Sequence record: LT986467.1
Length of the DNA: 32,000 bases
Reading direction: 5' to 3' (one strand)
How positions within the stretch are numbered: the first letter of the stretch is position 1; each line of letters begins with the position of its first letter. Below the pieces are notes generated by a model. The model did no database searches, was not told the DNA's origin, and saw nothing but the letters and a program-made list of their open reading frames with translations. Below are positions 1 to 13,476 of this stretch, piece after piece. A program made the position numbers and the translations under genes.

Positions 1-614
1 TATTAATTTATTTAATACTTTTAATAAATATTAATATAAGATATTTACCTTTTTATAAAATTATAATTAATTTTATATTAATTCTTATTAATAATTTATA
101 AATTATATATAATAATATGGAATTAATATTATTAGATATTTATTTCTATTAAATAAATTTTATATCTTTATAATATATAAATATATTTATTAAATAATTA
201 AAATAATATAATAATTATATTTTTATTATTAATCAATTAATTAATTAATTAATTAATTATATATATATATATATAATTTGTATAAAGAATAAATAAACAC
301 TTTTTATATATCTATTTAATATTTTATAAAAGATATATAATTATAATTATAATAATAATACGATATTCATATCTATTTTTATAATAGATAGATAGATAGA
401 TAGATATTTATTCCTTATTTTTTTATTAATAAATAAAGATGTTTATTTTTATTTTTATTTTTATTTTTATTTTTATTTTTATTAAATAAAGAGATACTAT
501 AAATAAATCATAAATTATATATTATTATCAATAATAATAATTTATTTGATTAGATTATTAATAATTAAAGGATTTTATATTTTATTATAAATTTATATAT
601 ATATATTAAGAATT

Positions 615-965
615 AATTATGAATATGGATATTATATTATAATTAAGCATATTTCTGTATAATAATATAACTATTCTAATATATATATGTATTATTATTT
701 TTTATATAATATATATATATATAGACTATATTTATATATTTATTAAGTTTTATTTTCATATTATTTATTTATACTAATTACTTTATTAATATTATATTAA
801 TTTATATATATTTTTATTTTTATTATAATTTTATTTAATATAATGAATTTTTAATATATCAATAATAATAAATAAAATATATAATTTATTTATTATTATA
901 TATAATTATATAATATAATTTATATATTTATGACTTTCCTATTAATAATATAAATATCTTATTCA
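615..965 (-). ncRNA. RPM1: Mitochondrial RNase P RNA (RPM1 type); ends approximate
   Basis: The minus strand carries both conserved RNase P P4 halves: AGGAAAGTC (revcomp of 932-940) and ACAGAAATATGCTTAA (revcomp of 643-658). They are separated by about 275 nt of A+T filler. The element lies just downstream of trnfM, as in S. cerevisiae. A possible terminal pairing between 951-960 and about 622-635 was used to guess the ends. Confidence 0.7.
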
Positions 966-1173
966 ATAAATTAAAGTTAATATATTATTTTATTAATTAA
1001 TTAATTAATATTTTTTTAATAATAATTTATATATCATTTATTAATTTTATAATTAATAATTAAAATATTATATATCTTAAAATTATTTTATTTTTTATAA
1101 AATATAAAAACTTATAATATATTTAATTATCTTTTTATATACTTTTTTTTTATAATATTATATATTAATTTAT

Positions 1174-1246
1174 TAGCAATAATACGATTTGAACGTATAT
1201 AATTAGGTCATGACCCTAAAATGTTAACCAATTACATCATATTGCA
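1174..1246 (-). tRNA. trnfM: Initiator tRNA-fMet (anticodon CAU)
   Basis: The minus strand reads TGCAATATGATGTAATTGGTTAACATTTTAGGGTCATGACCTAATTATATACGTTCAAATCGTATTATTGCTA. It folds as a cloverleaf with anticodon arm TTAGG/GTCATGA/CCTAA and T arm ATACG/TTCAAAT/CGTAT. Position 1:72 is a U-U mismatch, as in initiator tRNAs. Confidence 0.9.
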
Positions 1247-1272
1247 TTTATATAATTATATTTATATTATAT

Positions 1273-1281
1273 TACTTATAA
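1273..1281 (-). promoter_or_regulatory. Mitochondrial nonanucleotide promoter TTATAAGTA upstream of trnfM-RPM1
   Basis: Plus strand tacttataa is the revcomp of TTATAAGTA. It lies 27 nt upstream of the trnfM 5' end. Confidence 0.7.
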
Positions 1282-1560
1282 AATATATATATATATAATT
1301 TTTATAAAAATAATAAAAAATAAAATATATATAACCTTTATTATTATATCATATAATATTATATTTATAAACATATTTATAAACATATATAAAACATATT
1401 TATAATATATTTAAAATATTATTAAAAATAATAAAAAAAAAAAGATAGATAAATATATATATATAAATAAATTTTATGTAATTAATATTATGAAAATTAA
1501 TAATTATTATTAATAAACATCTTATATTTATATTTATTTAATATATTTATTAAGTGAATA

Positions 1561-1637
1561 CCTTCCATGACCACAAGGGAGGAGTTCCAATTAATTGAAT
1601 TGGGGTCCGGTCACGGGAACCGAAACCCCGACAGGTG
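1561..1637. repeat. GC cluster
   Basis: A 77-nt G+C-rich island (ccttccatgaccacaagggagg...ggggtccggtcacgggaaccgaaaccccgacagg) lies in pure A+T spacer. Confidence 0.85.
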
Positions 1638-1904
1638 TTATTTATTAAGTATATTTATTAATATATTAATATCTAAAAGATAAAATAAATTATATAATAT
1701 ATATACATATATATATGTATATAATATATTATTATTATTATTATTAATTTTATATAGATTATTATATTTATTAAAAATATTTATCTCTTTTTATATTAAT
1801 TAATTATTTTATTGAATTTTATATTATTTAATAAAAATTTTATAATATTCATATTCTTTAAAATTTATTATTTTATTATTAATAAATTAAAGGAGTTAAT
1901 AATA

Positions 1905-1953
1905 CCCCCACGGGCGCCCGTTGTTCACCGGTTTGGTCCCGCGGGGGAGGGGA
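1905..1953. repeat. GC cluster of the GTGAACAACGG-core family (inverted orientation)
   Basis: The sequence cccccacgggcgcccgttgttcaccggtttggtcccgcgggggagggg is close to the reverse complement of the cluster at 14084-14118. Confidence 0.8.
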
Positions 1954-2317
1954 AAATATTATTAATAAACAATTAAATAATGTTAATTTGTATTATATTA
2001 ATATTATATATATAATAAATATTATATCTCTTTTTATAAATTATAATTAAATATATTATTATAATACAAAATAAAAATAGTATATTAAATATTATTTTAA
2101 TTCATATTATTATTTATTATTTTATTATTTTTATATTTATTTATATTATTTATATATATATTAATTTATATCTCAGTATAAAAATTAATAAATTTTATTA
2201 TATATTTTATTAAAAGAATTAATTAATATTAATATTAATTGGAAGTATATGTATTATAATATAAATATATATTATTATTATTTATATATATATATTTAAA
2301 TATTTATATTTATATGT

Positions 2318-2378
2318 ATGGGTCCCAATTATTATTTTATATAATAATTATTTAAGGACCCAAATATCTTCTTGTTAT
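2318..2378 (+). other. Degenerate ori-like remnant (A/B palindrome only)
   Basis: The sequence is gggtcccaattattattttatataataattatttaaggacccaaatatcttcttgtt. It has the A/B cluster palindrome and the ATATCTTCTTGTT box. It has no C cluster and no promoter. Confidence 0.6.
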
Positions 2379-2569
2379 TAATTTATTATATTATATATAA
2401 TATTATTTATTTTTTATACTTTTTATTATAATATTTATAATTTTATTAATATATCCTTTATGATATATTTATTTAATAATAATTTATTATATATTTTTAT
2501 ATTATTAAATAAAATAAACTTTTATTTATATATAATTATAAATAAATAAAGATAAATAAAATATTTATC

Positions 2570-2601
<32 letters not shown>

Positions 2602-3191
2602 TTTTATTAAATACTTTATTATTTATTAATATATTTATCCTATAATTATTATTATAAGAATTATATAATTTTAATAATAAAAACTTTTTATATTATATTA
2701 TATTATTTGATTATATTATATAATGTTAATATAAATTATATTTTATATTTATTAATATTATAATATAAATATTATGATATAACTATTTATTAAATTTTAT
2801 TATATATACTTATTTTTTATATTTATAATATAACTATTTATTAAATTTTTTTATATATTTTTTATATTTATAATATAATGAAACAATAGAATTTTATATT
2901 ATCTATGAATAACTAATAATATTTAATTCGTATTATATTAATATTAATATTACATAAAATTAATAATTAATTTTTTATAATTATTATTTATTATTATTAA
3001 TATTTATAATATTTATTTAATAATTATTATAATAAGAAATTATAAAAGTCATATGATTATTACTTTTTTTTAATAATTATATATATATATATATTTTTTA
3101 TATATATTTTTATTATTTTATATATATATATTATTATATATATAATAATATATTATTATTTATATATTATTTTTATATTTTATATTATAGA

Positions 3192-3250
3192 TGGGGTCCC
3201 AATTATTATTAAAAATAATAATTTATTATGGGACCCGGATATCTTATTGT
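3192..3250 (+). other. Truncated ori-like element (A/B palindrome only)
   Basis: The sequence is tggggtcccaattattattaaaaataataatttattatgggacccggatatcttattgt. The next ori copy starts about 306 nt later, where cluster C would be expected. Confidence 0.7.
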
Positions 3251-3498
3251 TTATTATTTATATATTATTAACTTTATTTATTATTTATATTATTTATTAT
3301 ACATTATTTTTATTAATATATTTATTTATCCCCTTTATAATTTTATTTATTTATAATATTTATAAAATTTTATTTATAATAATTTATTTATTTATATAAT
3401 ATTTTAATATTTATATATAAATTATATATAATTTATATATAAATTATTTATTATATTTATATATATATATATATTATTAATTATTTATATTTTTATAT

Positions 3499-3785
3499 GG
3501 GGGGGGTCCCAATTATTATTTTCAATAATAATTTATTATGGGACCCGGATATCTACTTGTTCTTATTTATTATATTATTAATTTTATTTTATATTTATAT
3601 TTATATTATATCATTAATTATATCGTTTAAACTTTTATTTATATTATATAATTTATTATATTATTATGATATATTTTATTGATTATATTATAAAATTTAT
3701 TTAATGTATGCTTAATATATATTATTCATTTTAGTTTCTAATCACCCACCCCCTCCCCCTATAAAATTTAATTTATTACTTATAT
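3499..3785 (-). other. Complete ori/rep element with clusters A, B, C and an intact promoter
   Basis: Cluster A is ggggggggtccc (3499-3510) and cluster B is gggacccgg (3540-3549). Cluster C is cacccaccccctccccct (3743-3760). ATATAAGTA lies on the minus strand (tacttatat, 3777-3785) and points through C towards A. This matches the architecture of active S. cerevisiae ori elements. Confidence 0.85.
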
Positions 3786-4363
3786 ATTAACAAAACTATA
3801 AAAATAAAATATTAATAATAATAAAATATTTATATATTAATTAAATAATAATTTTTATTAAATATATAATTTTATAAAAAATTATAAAATTAATATATTA
3901 ATTAATATAATATAAACTTTTAATAATAATTTATAATACTATTATAAATACAAAAAAATAAAAATAATAAATATTAATAATATTATAAAAATTAGTATAA
4001 GATTTAATATTATTTAATAGTTAAATATTAAATATCTTTTTAAAATATCAATTAATTAAATTAGGGATCATAATAGCTAATTAATTAAATTGTAAAGGGG
4101 ATTCTTTAATATATTAAAATATTATTTATATTATCTATAAATATAAAAATTTCAATATTTTTTAGTAATATATTTTAATACTTCATTATTAAAAATAACT
4201 TAATAAAAATTAATAAATAATTATCATGAATTATTTATATTTTTATATAAATATTAAAGTATATTCATCTTTAATAAATAAAGGATTTATTTATTTTATT
4301 AAAAATAATTTAACTATTATATAAAACTTTATAAAAAATTTTATATTTATAATAATTTTATTA

Positions 4364-4432
4364 ACGAGGGGTGACCGAACCCTTTCCTCATGGGAAGGGA
4401 GTCCCACAATCCATCCGGGATTTCGATTCCCT
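4364..4432. repeat. GC cluster (AACGAGGGG...GGGAGTCCCAC type)
   Basis: The sequence is acgaggggtgaccgaaccctttcctcatgggaagggagtcccacaatccatccgggatttcgattccc. It is related to the clusters at 23762, 24600, 25540 and 26281. Confidence 0.8.
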
Positions 4433-5231
4433 TATCATATCCTAAACTAATAATTAATTCTTATTATAATAAATTATTTCAACATTTTTATATCATTATA
4501 AAAAATTATAATATTTATTATATAATAAAAGAATATTATATAACTTTTTTTTTTTTAATAATAATATTTAATTTTTATAAATATAATTATACTTTATTAT
4601 ATTTATTATATAAATTTTATTTAAATAAATTAAAATAATATTTTATATTTTATATATTAATAAAAAATCTTATTAAAATTAATATTTAGTTTATTTTAAT
4701 AATCATGATTTGCTATTTATATAATATAACAATGACAATATAATATTAAAAGAATCTTTTTAATATAATAATAAATATATACAAATTCTTATAATAAATT
4801 TTATTTTTTATATTTATAATAATTTATAGATATATATATTAGTATATTTAATTTTATTTTATTTTTATTTAATTAATAAAAATATTATTATATAATTTAT
4901 TATTTGTTTTAATTAAATATTTATTTATATACTTTTTTAATAAAAATAAGATTATTAATAATAGGTAATATTTTTATATTATTTTTATATTGATAAATCT
5001 TATTAAATTATACTTTTTTTTATTTATTTCTTTATTATTATTAATATTTTTAATATTTATCCAATAATTATTATAATGAATAATTATAAAAGTTATATGA
5101 TTATTATTTTATTATTAATTTTTAATATAATTATAAATATAATTTTTTATATATATTTTATTATTTTTATATATATATATATATAATAATATATTATTAT
5201 TTATATATTATTAATTATTTATATTTTATAT

Positions 5232-5590
5232 GGGGGGGTCCCAATTCAATTATTATTTTTAATAATAATTTATTATGGGACCCGGATATCTTCTTGTTTA
5301 TCATTTATTATTTTAATAATTTGATTATTATTTAATATTTATAATTTATTTTATACAATTTATTATATTGTTTATACTCCTTCAGGGTCCCCGACGGGAA
5401 CTTTATATTTATTATTAATTATATTATATTATTATAATATATTTAATTGATTATATTAATACATTTATTCTATGTATGCTTTATATATATTTAATAGTTT
5501 GGTTATTTATTATAAAATTTTATTTATTATAAAAATTTTATTTATTACTTATCCGAGGTCCCGATTTCGTAATAAATAGGGACTTATATA
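5232..5590 (-). other. Decayed ori-like element: A/B intact, C cluster absent, promoter split by a GC cluster
   Basis: A/B reads gggggggtcccaattcaattatt...tgggacccggatatcttcttgtt (5232-5298). An extra GC cluster lies at 5377-5403. There is no CACCCACCCCCTCCCCC block. The promoter remnant tactt (5546-5550) is separated from ttatata (5584-5590) by atccgaggtcccgatttcgtaataaatagggac. Confidence 0.75.
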
Positions 5591-6866
5591 TTAAATATTA
5601 AAAATTTATAATATTCTAAATTAATAATAAATTAATATCTTAATAATTAATATACTCCTTTTTTTTTTATAATATTATTCTTATTATAATTTCTTTTATG
5701 TTTATATTTTATTATTATTTAATAATATGTTCATTTTTTATAAAAATTATTTATAAATATCTTTATAATTTATATTTATAATTAAATGATAATATTTTAT
5801 TTTAATATAATTAATTAAATAATTAATAATAATAATAAGATTATAATAATATTAATATATAAAATATAATAACTTTTACTTTATGATATATATTTATCAT
5901 TATATATATAATTTATTAAATTATTATAGTCCTACCTTTATTTATTAATCATAAATTATAAATAATTATAAAAAGTTAATAGATATAAAAATAATAAAAA
6001 TATTATTTATATATATCATTATAAATTATTAATAATATCATAATATATTTAATTATGAATATAAATTATTAATAATACCATAATATATTAAATTATGAAT
6101 ATATAATTATTAATTCTTATTAAATTATTTATTATAATAGATAATATATTATTTAATATGTAATATATTATATATAATACATATAATATATTTTATTTTT
6201 ATAATATAATATATAATATAAATAACCTTATTTAATATATATATATATATAAATTTATATATATAAATAAAATATATATTCTATAAATCTTCTATATATA
6301 TTAAATACACTTTTTTAAAGGTTTATTTAAATATAATAACTATAAAATTATTCATATATTTTTTATTAATAATAATAATGATTATAAATTAATTTTTAAT
6401 AATTAAAAAAAAATAAGGTTTATTATAATTAATTAATTAATTAATTAATAATAATTTATTTATTATAATTAAATTATTTATCATTTATATATATATATAT
6501 ATATATTTTTATTTTAATATTAAATCAATAATAATATATATTATATTATACTTTTTATTAATATTATAATAAGGATAACTATATAATAAATTATATTATA
6601 TGATATAATATGATATTATATCATAATTGAAATATATATAAAATATAAAAAATAACATTATTATATTTATCTCCTGTGGGATCAATATTATTTGGTATAT
6701 ATGAACAATTGGATTGGATTGTGTTATGTTAATTTGGATTTATAAAATAAATTTTATTAATTATATTAATATTAAAAATAAATAAATAATATATAATGAT
6801 TATATTATTAAGTTTTAATTAATAAAGGATTGGATAAGGATAAAAATATATAATAATTTATATTAT

Positions 6867-6878
6867 AAGAATATTATT
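6867..6878 (-). promoter_or_regulatory. 3' end-processing dodecamer AATAATATTCTT of COX3 mRNA
   Basis: Plus strand aagaatattatt is an exact revcomp of the dodecamer. It lies 97 nt downstream of the COX3 stop. Confidence 0.8.
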
Positions 6879-6974
6879 ATAATAATATAAAATATATATA
6901 TAAATTACAATATATTAATTATTATTAATTATTAATAATATATATATTAATGATTTATATATAATTTTATTATT

Positions 6975-7784
6975 TTAAACACCTCATCAATAGAATAGTA
7001 CATATAAAAATAATCAGATAACATCTAAAACATGTAGATAAATAATAGTTGTTTCATATCCAACATGATGTCCAGCTGTTAAATGATAATTTCTCATTCT
7101 TCAATAATTAACACCTAACATAGCTGCTAACATTACCATATGTAAGAAATGTAATCCTGTACCAGCATAGAATACTGAACCATAAACACCATCAGAAATA
7201 GTAAATGCAGCATTAGTATATTCAATATATTGACATATTACAAAAATAACAATTAATCAGAATGTAATTAATAAACCTGATAAAGCTTTATTTCTATTAC
7301 CTGCAATTAAAGCATGATGACTATAAGTTACAGTAGCACCAGAAGATAATAAGATAATAGTATTTAATAAAGGTAATTCAGTTGGTTGTACAGCTTCAAT
7401 ACCTACAGGTGGTCAACATGCACCTAATAGTACATCAGGACTTATAGCTGAATGGAAATAAGCTCAGAATAAACCAGCAAAGATTAATACTTCAGATAAT
7501 ACAAACATTAAGAAACCTAAATTAATACCTTTTCTTACTGCTATAGTATGATCACCTAAATATGTAGCTTCTGATACAATATCTCTAAATCATAAAATAG
7601 AACTTGTTAATAATACAAATAATGCTAAATATACCATATTTATATTACCAATATAACCATGCATTGTTAATGCTAGTGATAATGCTAATGATAATAATGC
7701 AAATGATACTACAATTGGTCATGGTGATGGCATAACCATATGAAATGGATGTTGTTGATGTCTACTTCTTTCTAAATGTGTCAT
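6975..7784 (-). CDS. COX3: Cytochrome c oxidase subunit 3 (269 aa)
   Basis: I translated the whole gene by hand with code 3. It reads [47 protein letters not shown]...HVLDVIWLFLYVTFYWWGV*. It is 810 nt long with no internal stop. TGA codons fall at the conserved Trp positions. Confidence 0.97.
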
Positions 7785-8415
7785 AAATTTATTGTTTATA
7801 TATATATATTATATAGATAATATAATAATAATAATATTATCTTATAAATAATTTATTTAATATAATAATATATTACTTTTTTTATTTATTAAAATTTATA
7901 TATATATAATTCAATATATATTTAAATTAAATTCAATATAATAAATAATACAATTGAATTAATACCTAATTTTATTCAATTATTAATAATATAACTACCA
8001 CTATTATAATTAAGATACAATTAAACTCGATTGTTCATATACATATACATATACATATATATATATATATACATCGAATAATATAATATAATGTAATGTA
8101 ATATTGATCCCTAATTTACATTATAGGTAAAAATAATTAATTTGTATTTAATATAATTTATTTAAATATTTTATTTTATTATTATTATTATTATTAATAT
8201 AATATTTATAAGATATATTATATTATATTATATATATTTTTTATTATTTATATTTATAATTAATATAAATCATTGATAATATCTTCTTTTTATTTATTTA
8301 TTTATTATTATAATAAAAAGAATCTTTATATTAATTTTATTTACTTTATTTTTTTTTTTATTATTTATAAATAAATATTATTATATTAAGATAGATATAA
8401 TATTATATCTAGATT

Positions 8416-8488
8416 TAGGAAATATAGGATTCGAACCTATAATCTTTCGTGTGTAAAACGAATGCTATACCAATTAAGCTAATCTCCT
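8416..8488 (-). tRNA. trnV: tRNA-Val (anticodon UAC)
   Basis: The minus strand reads AGGAGATTAGCTTAATTGGTATAGCATTCGTTTTACACACGAAAGATTATAGGTTCGAATCCTATATTTCCTA. The anticodon arm is TTCGT/TTTACAC/ACGAA. The acceptor stem has 7 bp including one G-U pair. Confidence 0.93.
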
Positions 8489-8653
8489 TTATAAAATATA
8501 TACTTTTATTAATTATTATAATTATTATTTTATTTATTTATATATATATAATTATAATAATTCATATAATTATTATAATCATTACAATTAAATTTATTAA
8601 TAATTATTTAATTTAATATACAAGATATTTATTTATATATATATATACTTTTT

Positions 8654-8662
8654 TTATAAGTA
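8654..8662 (+). promoter_or_regulatory. Plus-strand nonanucleotide promoter TTATAAGTA for trnT(UAG)
   Basis: ttataagta lies on the plus strand, 135 nt upstream of the only plus-strand gene in the window. Confidence 0.7.
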
Positions 8663-8796
8663 GTATATTATATTTTATATATAATTATATTTATAATTTT
8701 TTATTATAAATTATATATAATAATATATTAATAATAATAAGTTTTTTATAATATAATTAAAAAGTAAAATTCCTTTTAAAAAGGAATACCAAAAGA

Positions 8797-8868
8797 GTAA
8801 ATATAATTTAATGGTAAAATGTATGTTTTTAGGTGCATATTATCTAAGTTCAAATCTTAGTATTTACA
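8797..8868 (+). tRNA. trnT1: tRNA-Thr (anticodon UAG, reads CUN) with an enlarged anticodon loop
   Basis: The sequence is GTAAATATAATTTAATGGTAAAATGTATGTTTTTAGGTGCATATTATCTAAGTTCAAATCTTAGTATTTACA. The anticodon stem GTATGT/GCATAT leaves an 8-nt loop TTTTAGGT, with TAG at 8830-8832. The T arm is CTAAG/TTCAAAT/CTTAG. Confidence 0.9.
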
Positions 8869-9457
8869 AAAAAAAAAAAATTAATATAAAATAAATTTAT
8901 TAAGTTATTATTTTTCTTTATATAAATAAAAACTGAATATCAAATTTTATTTATTATTGATAATTATTTATTATATAATATTTTATATTAATTATAATAA
9001 ATATATATAAATTTTATTATAATTCTAAATAATATATCTTTTATATATATATTAATATATATATATATAATTATAGATATTTACCCCTTTTTTAATATAA
9101 AAACTCCTTCCTTATGGTCATGGGGTTATTTATAAGGTGTTCATTTAATAATATAATATAATATAATATAATATAATTAATGAATACCTTATATTTATAT
9201 TTATAAATGTATAAACTTTTTATAATATTATTATAAAATGAATATCTTTATTTATAAAAATATAAATAAATAAATAAGAGATATAATATATCATCTTCAG
9301 TATTTGCTTTTATTTATTATTCATAAATCATAAATTATTATTTTTAATAATTATTTATTAAAGATGAATTGGACTAAATATAAATATATTATATATATAT
9401 TAATTATTATAAATACATTTATTATTAATTAATTATTAATTAATATATTATTATTAT

Positions 9458-9529
9458 TGCCCTTAATGAGAATCGAACTACATGTAAATAAATCTTCAAT
9501 TTATCGCTTTACCACTAAGCTATAAAAGC
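9458..9529 (-). tRNA. trnF: tRNA-Phe (anticodon GAA)
   Basis: The minus strand reads GCTTTTATAGCTTAGTGGTAAAGCGATAAATTGAAGATTTATTTACATGTAGTTCGATTCTCATTAAGGGCA. The anticodon arm is ATAAA/TTGAAGA/TTTAT. Confidence 0.93.
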
Positions 9530-9548
9530 TATATATAATACTTATTAT

Positions 9549-9557
9549 TACTTATAA
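9549..9557 (-). promoter_or_regulatory. Nonanucleotide promoter TTATAAGTA upstream of trnF
   Basis: Plus strand tacttataa lies 20 nt upstream of the trnF 5' end. Confidence 0.7.
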
Positions 9558-9643
9558 TATAATATATATATAAATTTATATGATAATACAAAAAGTTAAT
9601 ATATAAAAAAAAAGTATATATAAAAAAGATATAAAATAAAATT

Positions 9644-9655
9644 AAGAATATTATT
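9644..9655 (-). promoter_or_regulatory. 3' processing dodecamer (distal copy) downstream of VAR1
   Basis: Exact aagaatattatt on the plus strand. Confidence 0.65.
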
Positions 9656-9689
9656 TTATTAATTTATTAATAATATTATTTTATTTATT

Positions 9690-9701
9690 AAGAATATTAT
9701 T
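9690..9701 (-). promoter_or_regulatory. 3' processing dodecamer (proximal copy) downstream of VAR1
   Basis: Exact aagaatattatt lies 46 nt from the other copy. Both sit in a repeated context, ttattaagaatattatttta. Confidence 0.65.
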
Positions 9702-10252
9702 TTATATAATTCTTTATATTATATATTTTATATTAATAATAAAAAAAAATATAATAGAAAAAAGAGTATTAGATAAATATATATATTAGATATATTTATA
9801 TAAAAAGATTAATTTATATAATTTTTATAATTAGTATATTAATAATAATAGTAATATAAATTTTATTTAATTTACTATCAATAAAGAATTATTTAACCCT
9901 CATGGGATCAACATTAACATTATTCGGTGTATATGAACAACAGAAATTGCGACCGTGGGGGATTTATTTATTTATTAATTTATTTATTAATTTATTTATA
10001 ATTTTTAACTAATTATAAATTTAAATAGGATTAATTTATAAATTATTGTTTATTATAATAATATATAAAATTAATTACCTTAATATAAATAATTTATAAT
10101 TTATTTTATATAATTAATATATTATTTATATTATATATAAATTATATAGATATAAAAAATAAATATTATTTATATATATATTTATTATTATTATTATATA
10201 TATATATATTATATATATTATTATTATTTATTATTATTATTATATATATATA

Positions 10253-11365
<1,113 letters not shown>

Positions 11366-11391
11366 TATTATTTATTATTATTTTTATCTAT

Positions 11392-11422
<31 letters not shown>

Positions 11423-11802
11423 ATATTTATATATATAATATGCATCTTTATTATAATATTATTTATTATTATAGATAATAATATATTAGATATTTATTTG
11501 CAGTTTATTAATAATATATAAAATAAATATTATAATTTTTTATATATTATAAAATTTATAATTAATTAATTATAATATTATAAATATTAAAATATAGAAT
11601 TTTATTAAATATATATATAATATAAATTTAAAGAATTATTAATTATTTATAATCTTTAATATATTATATTATAAATTATTATATAAATAATATTATTTAT
11701 AAATTATTATTATTATTATTATATTAATATACTTTATATTTATTATAAATTATTTTATAATAATAGGAGTAATATTAATATTATTATATATATATATTAT
11801 TA

Positions 11803-11889
11803 CGGATGATGTAGGATTTGAACCTACGTAGCCAATAAAGACTAATGATAGCTCAAATATCACACTTTAAACCACTCAGTCAACCATCC
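11803..11889 (-). tRNA. trnS2: tRNA-Ser (anticodon UGA) with a long variable arm
   Basis: The minus strand reads GGATGGTTGACTGAGTGGTTTAAAGTGTGATATTTGAGCTATCATTAGTCTTTATTGGCTACGTAGGTTCAAATCCTACATCATCCG (87 nt). Confidence 0.92.
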
Positions 11890-12248
11890 TAAAATGAATA
11901 AACCTATATATATATTATATTTATATTATAAATAATATTTAATATAATATTATATAATTAAAAATATAAAAACTTTTATTACCCTTTTTTTATAAAAATT
12001 ATATAAATTATCATATAATTACAATTAATACAATTAATATAATTAATTAAAAAGGTTATAATATTTTAATAAATTATTATTATATAATTATCATATATTT
12101 TATTTTATTATATTATTAATATAAACCCTATATATATAAATATATATATAAATATAAATATAAATTACAATATTTAAATAATATTAATATAAATGTATTA
12201 AATGTTTAAATAATCATAATTAAATATTTTTAATAAAATGTATATATA

Positions 12249-12283
12249 CTCCTTCGGGGTCCCCCCCGCCGGGGCGGGGGACT
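12249..12283. repeat. GC cluster CTCCTTCGGGGTCCCCC(CC)GCCGGGGCGGGGGAC
   Basis: It is almost identical to the cluster at 24713-24745. Related clusters lie at 28009-28041 and 14641-14668. Confidence 0.85.
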
Positions 12284-12748
12284 TTTTATTATATTATATA
12301 TAATATATTATAATTTAATTATAACCCTTATTATTAAATTAATTGTAACTAATATTATATTATTTAATGAATAATACAATAAGGTTGGATTACATTCAAT
12401 TAAATATATTAAATATATTTTATATATAAAGAATTTATTATTTATTAATAAATATTTTTATAATATATATATATATTTATTTATTTATTAATAATATTTT
12501 TATGATAAATAAATAATATATCTCTTAATAATATTTTATTAAATATTAATATTTATAATATTTATAATAAGAGTGGATTATAAATTTATTATTATTAATG
12601 ATATAAAAATTAATTATATATTATCCATTATTTATTTATTTATATATTAATTTATAAAATATATTTTTTATTATAATTTATTTATATATATATATATATA
12701 TATATTATTATTATATAATATTATATTTTTATAATAATATATAATTAT

Positions 12749-12760
12749 AAGAATGTTATT
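12749..12760 (-). promoter_or_regulatory. Variant 3' processing dodecamer (AATAACATTCTT) downstream of ATP9
   Basis: Plus strand aagaatgttatt has one mismatch to the consensus. It lies 75 nt downstream of the ATP9 stop. Confidence 0.5.
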
Positions 12761-12834
12761 AATTTAATCAATGAAATTTTATTTTATTAATTCGTTATTT
12801 TTTTATAATATAATATATTATTTAGATATATATA

Positions 12835-13074
<240 letters not shown>

Positions 13075-13476
13075 TTATTAAATATTTAATCTATTCTTAT
13101 TTTTATATTATATATTAATTTTATTATTATTTAATATATATATAATTATATATAAAAAAATATTATATATAATTAACATATTAATATTGTTATTTATTAT
13201 TTTTAATACACTTTTTTATTATTAATAATACTTATTGATAATTATTATTTTTATACCTTTTTATAATATATATAAAATATATTTTATTAATTAAATTATA
13301 AAATAATATTATTAATTAATATTATTATTTTTTATTAATCCTATCTATATATTTTATTTATTATTTTTTTTTATTAAATTATTATATATATATATACTTT
13401 TATATAAATGTGTATAAGATTTATATAATTATTATTATATTATGATAAAAATTAAATATCATATAACTATATATAT

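Noticed and set aside
1546-1969. 10-12 nt direct repeats flanking GC clusters (tttattaagt at 1546 and 1641; attattaataaa at 1875 and 1958) as target-site duplications
   Set aside because: In DNA that is about 90% A+T locally, matches of this length are expected by chance. They cannot be told apart from real duplications without comparing empty sites in other strains.
3497-3682. A 61-aa ORF from the track (MGGVPIIIFNNNLLWDPDIY...)
   Set aside because: It starts inside ori clusters A/B and runs through low-complexity A+T sequence. The same pseudo-peptide would arise at every ori copy. It shows no coding signal.
4040-4100. A slightly GC-enriched patch (ttagggatcataatagctaattaattaaattgtaaaggggattc) as a possible tRNA
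   Set aside because: I could not draw an acceptor stem, T arm or anticodon arm for it.
4390-4638. An 82-aa ORF from the track
   Set aside because: It begins inside the GC cluster at 4364-4432 and then reads A+T filler (Ile/Asn/Tyr/Lys/Phe only). It is a composition artefact.
9530-10252. Expectation of the 21S rRNA gene or ori elements after VAR1, as in S288C
   Set aside because: There is no rRNA-like sequence in this interval. trnF follows directly. This is reported as a synteny finding instead.
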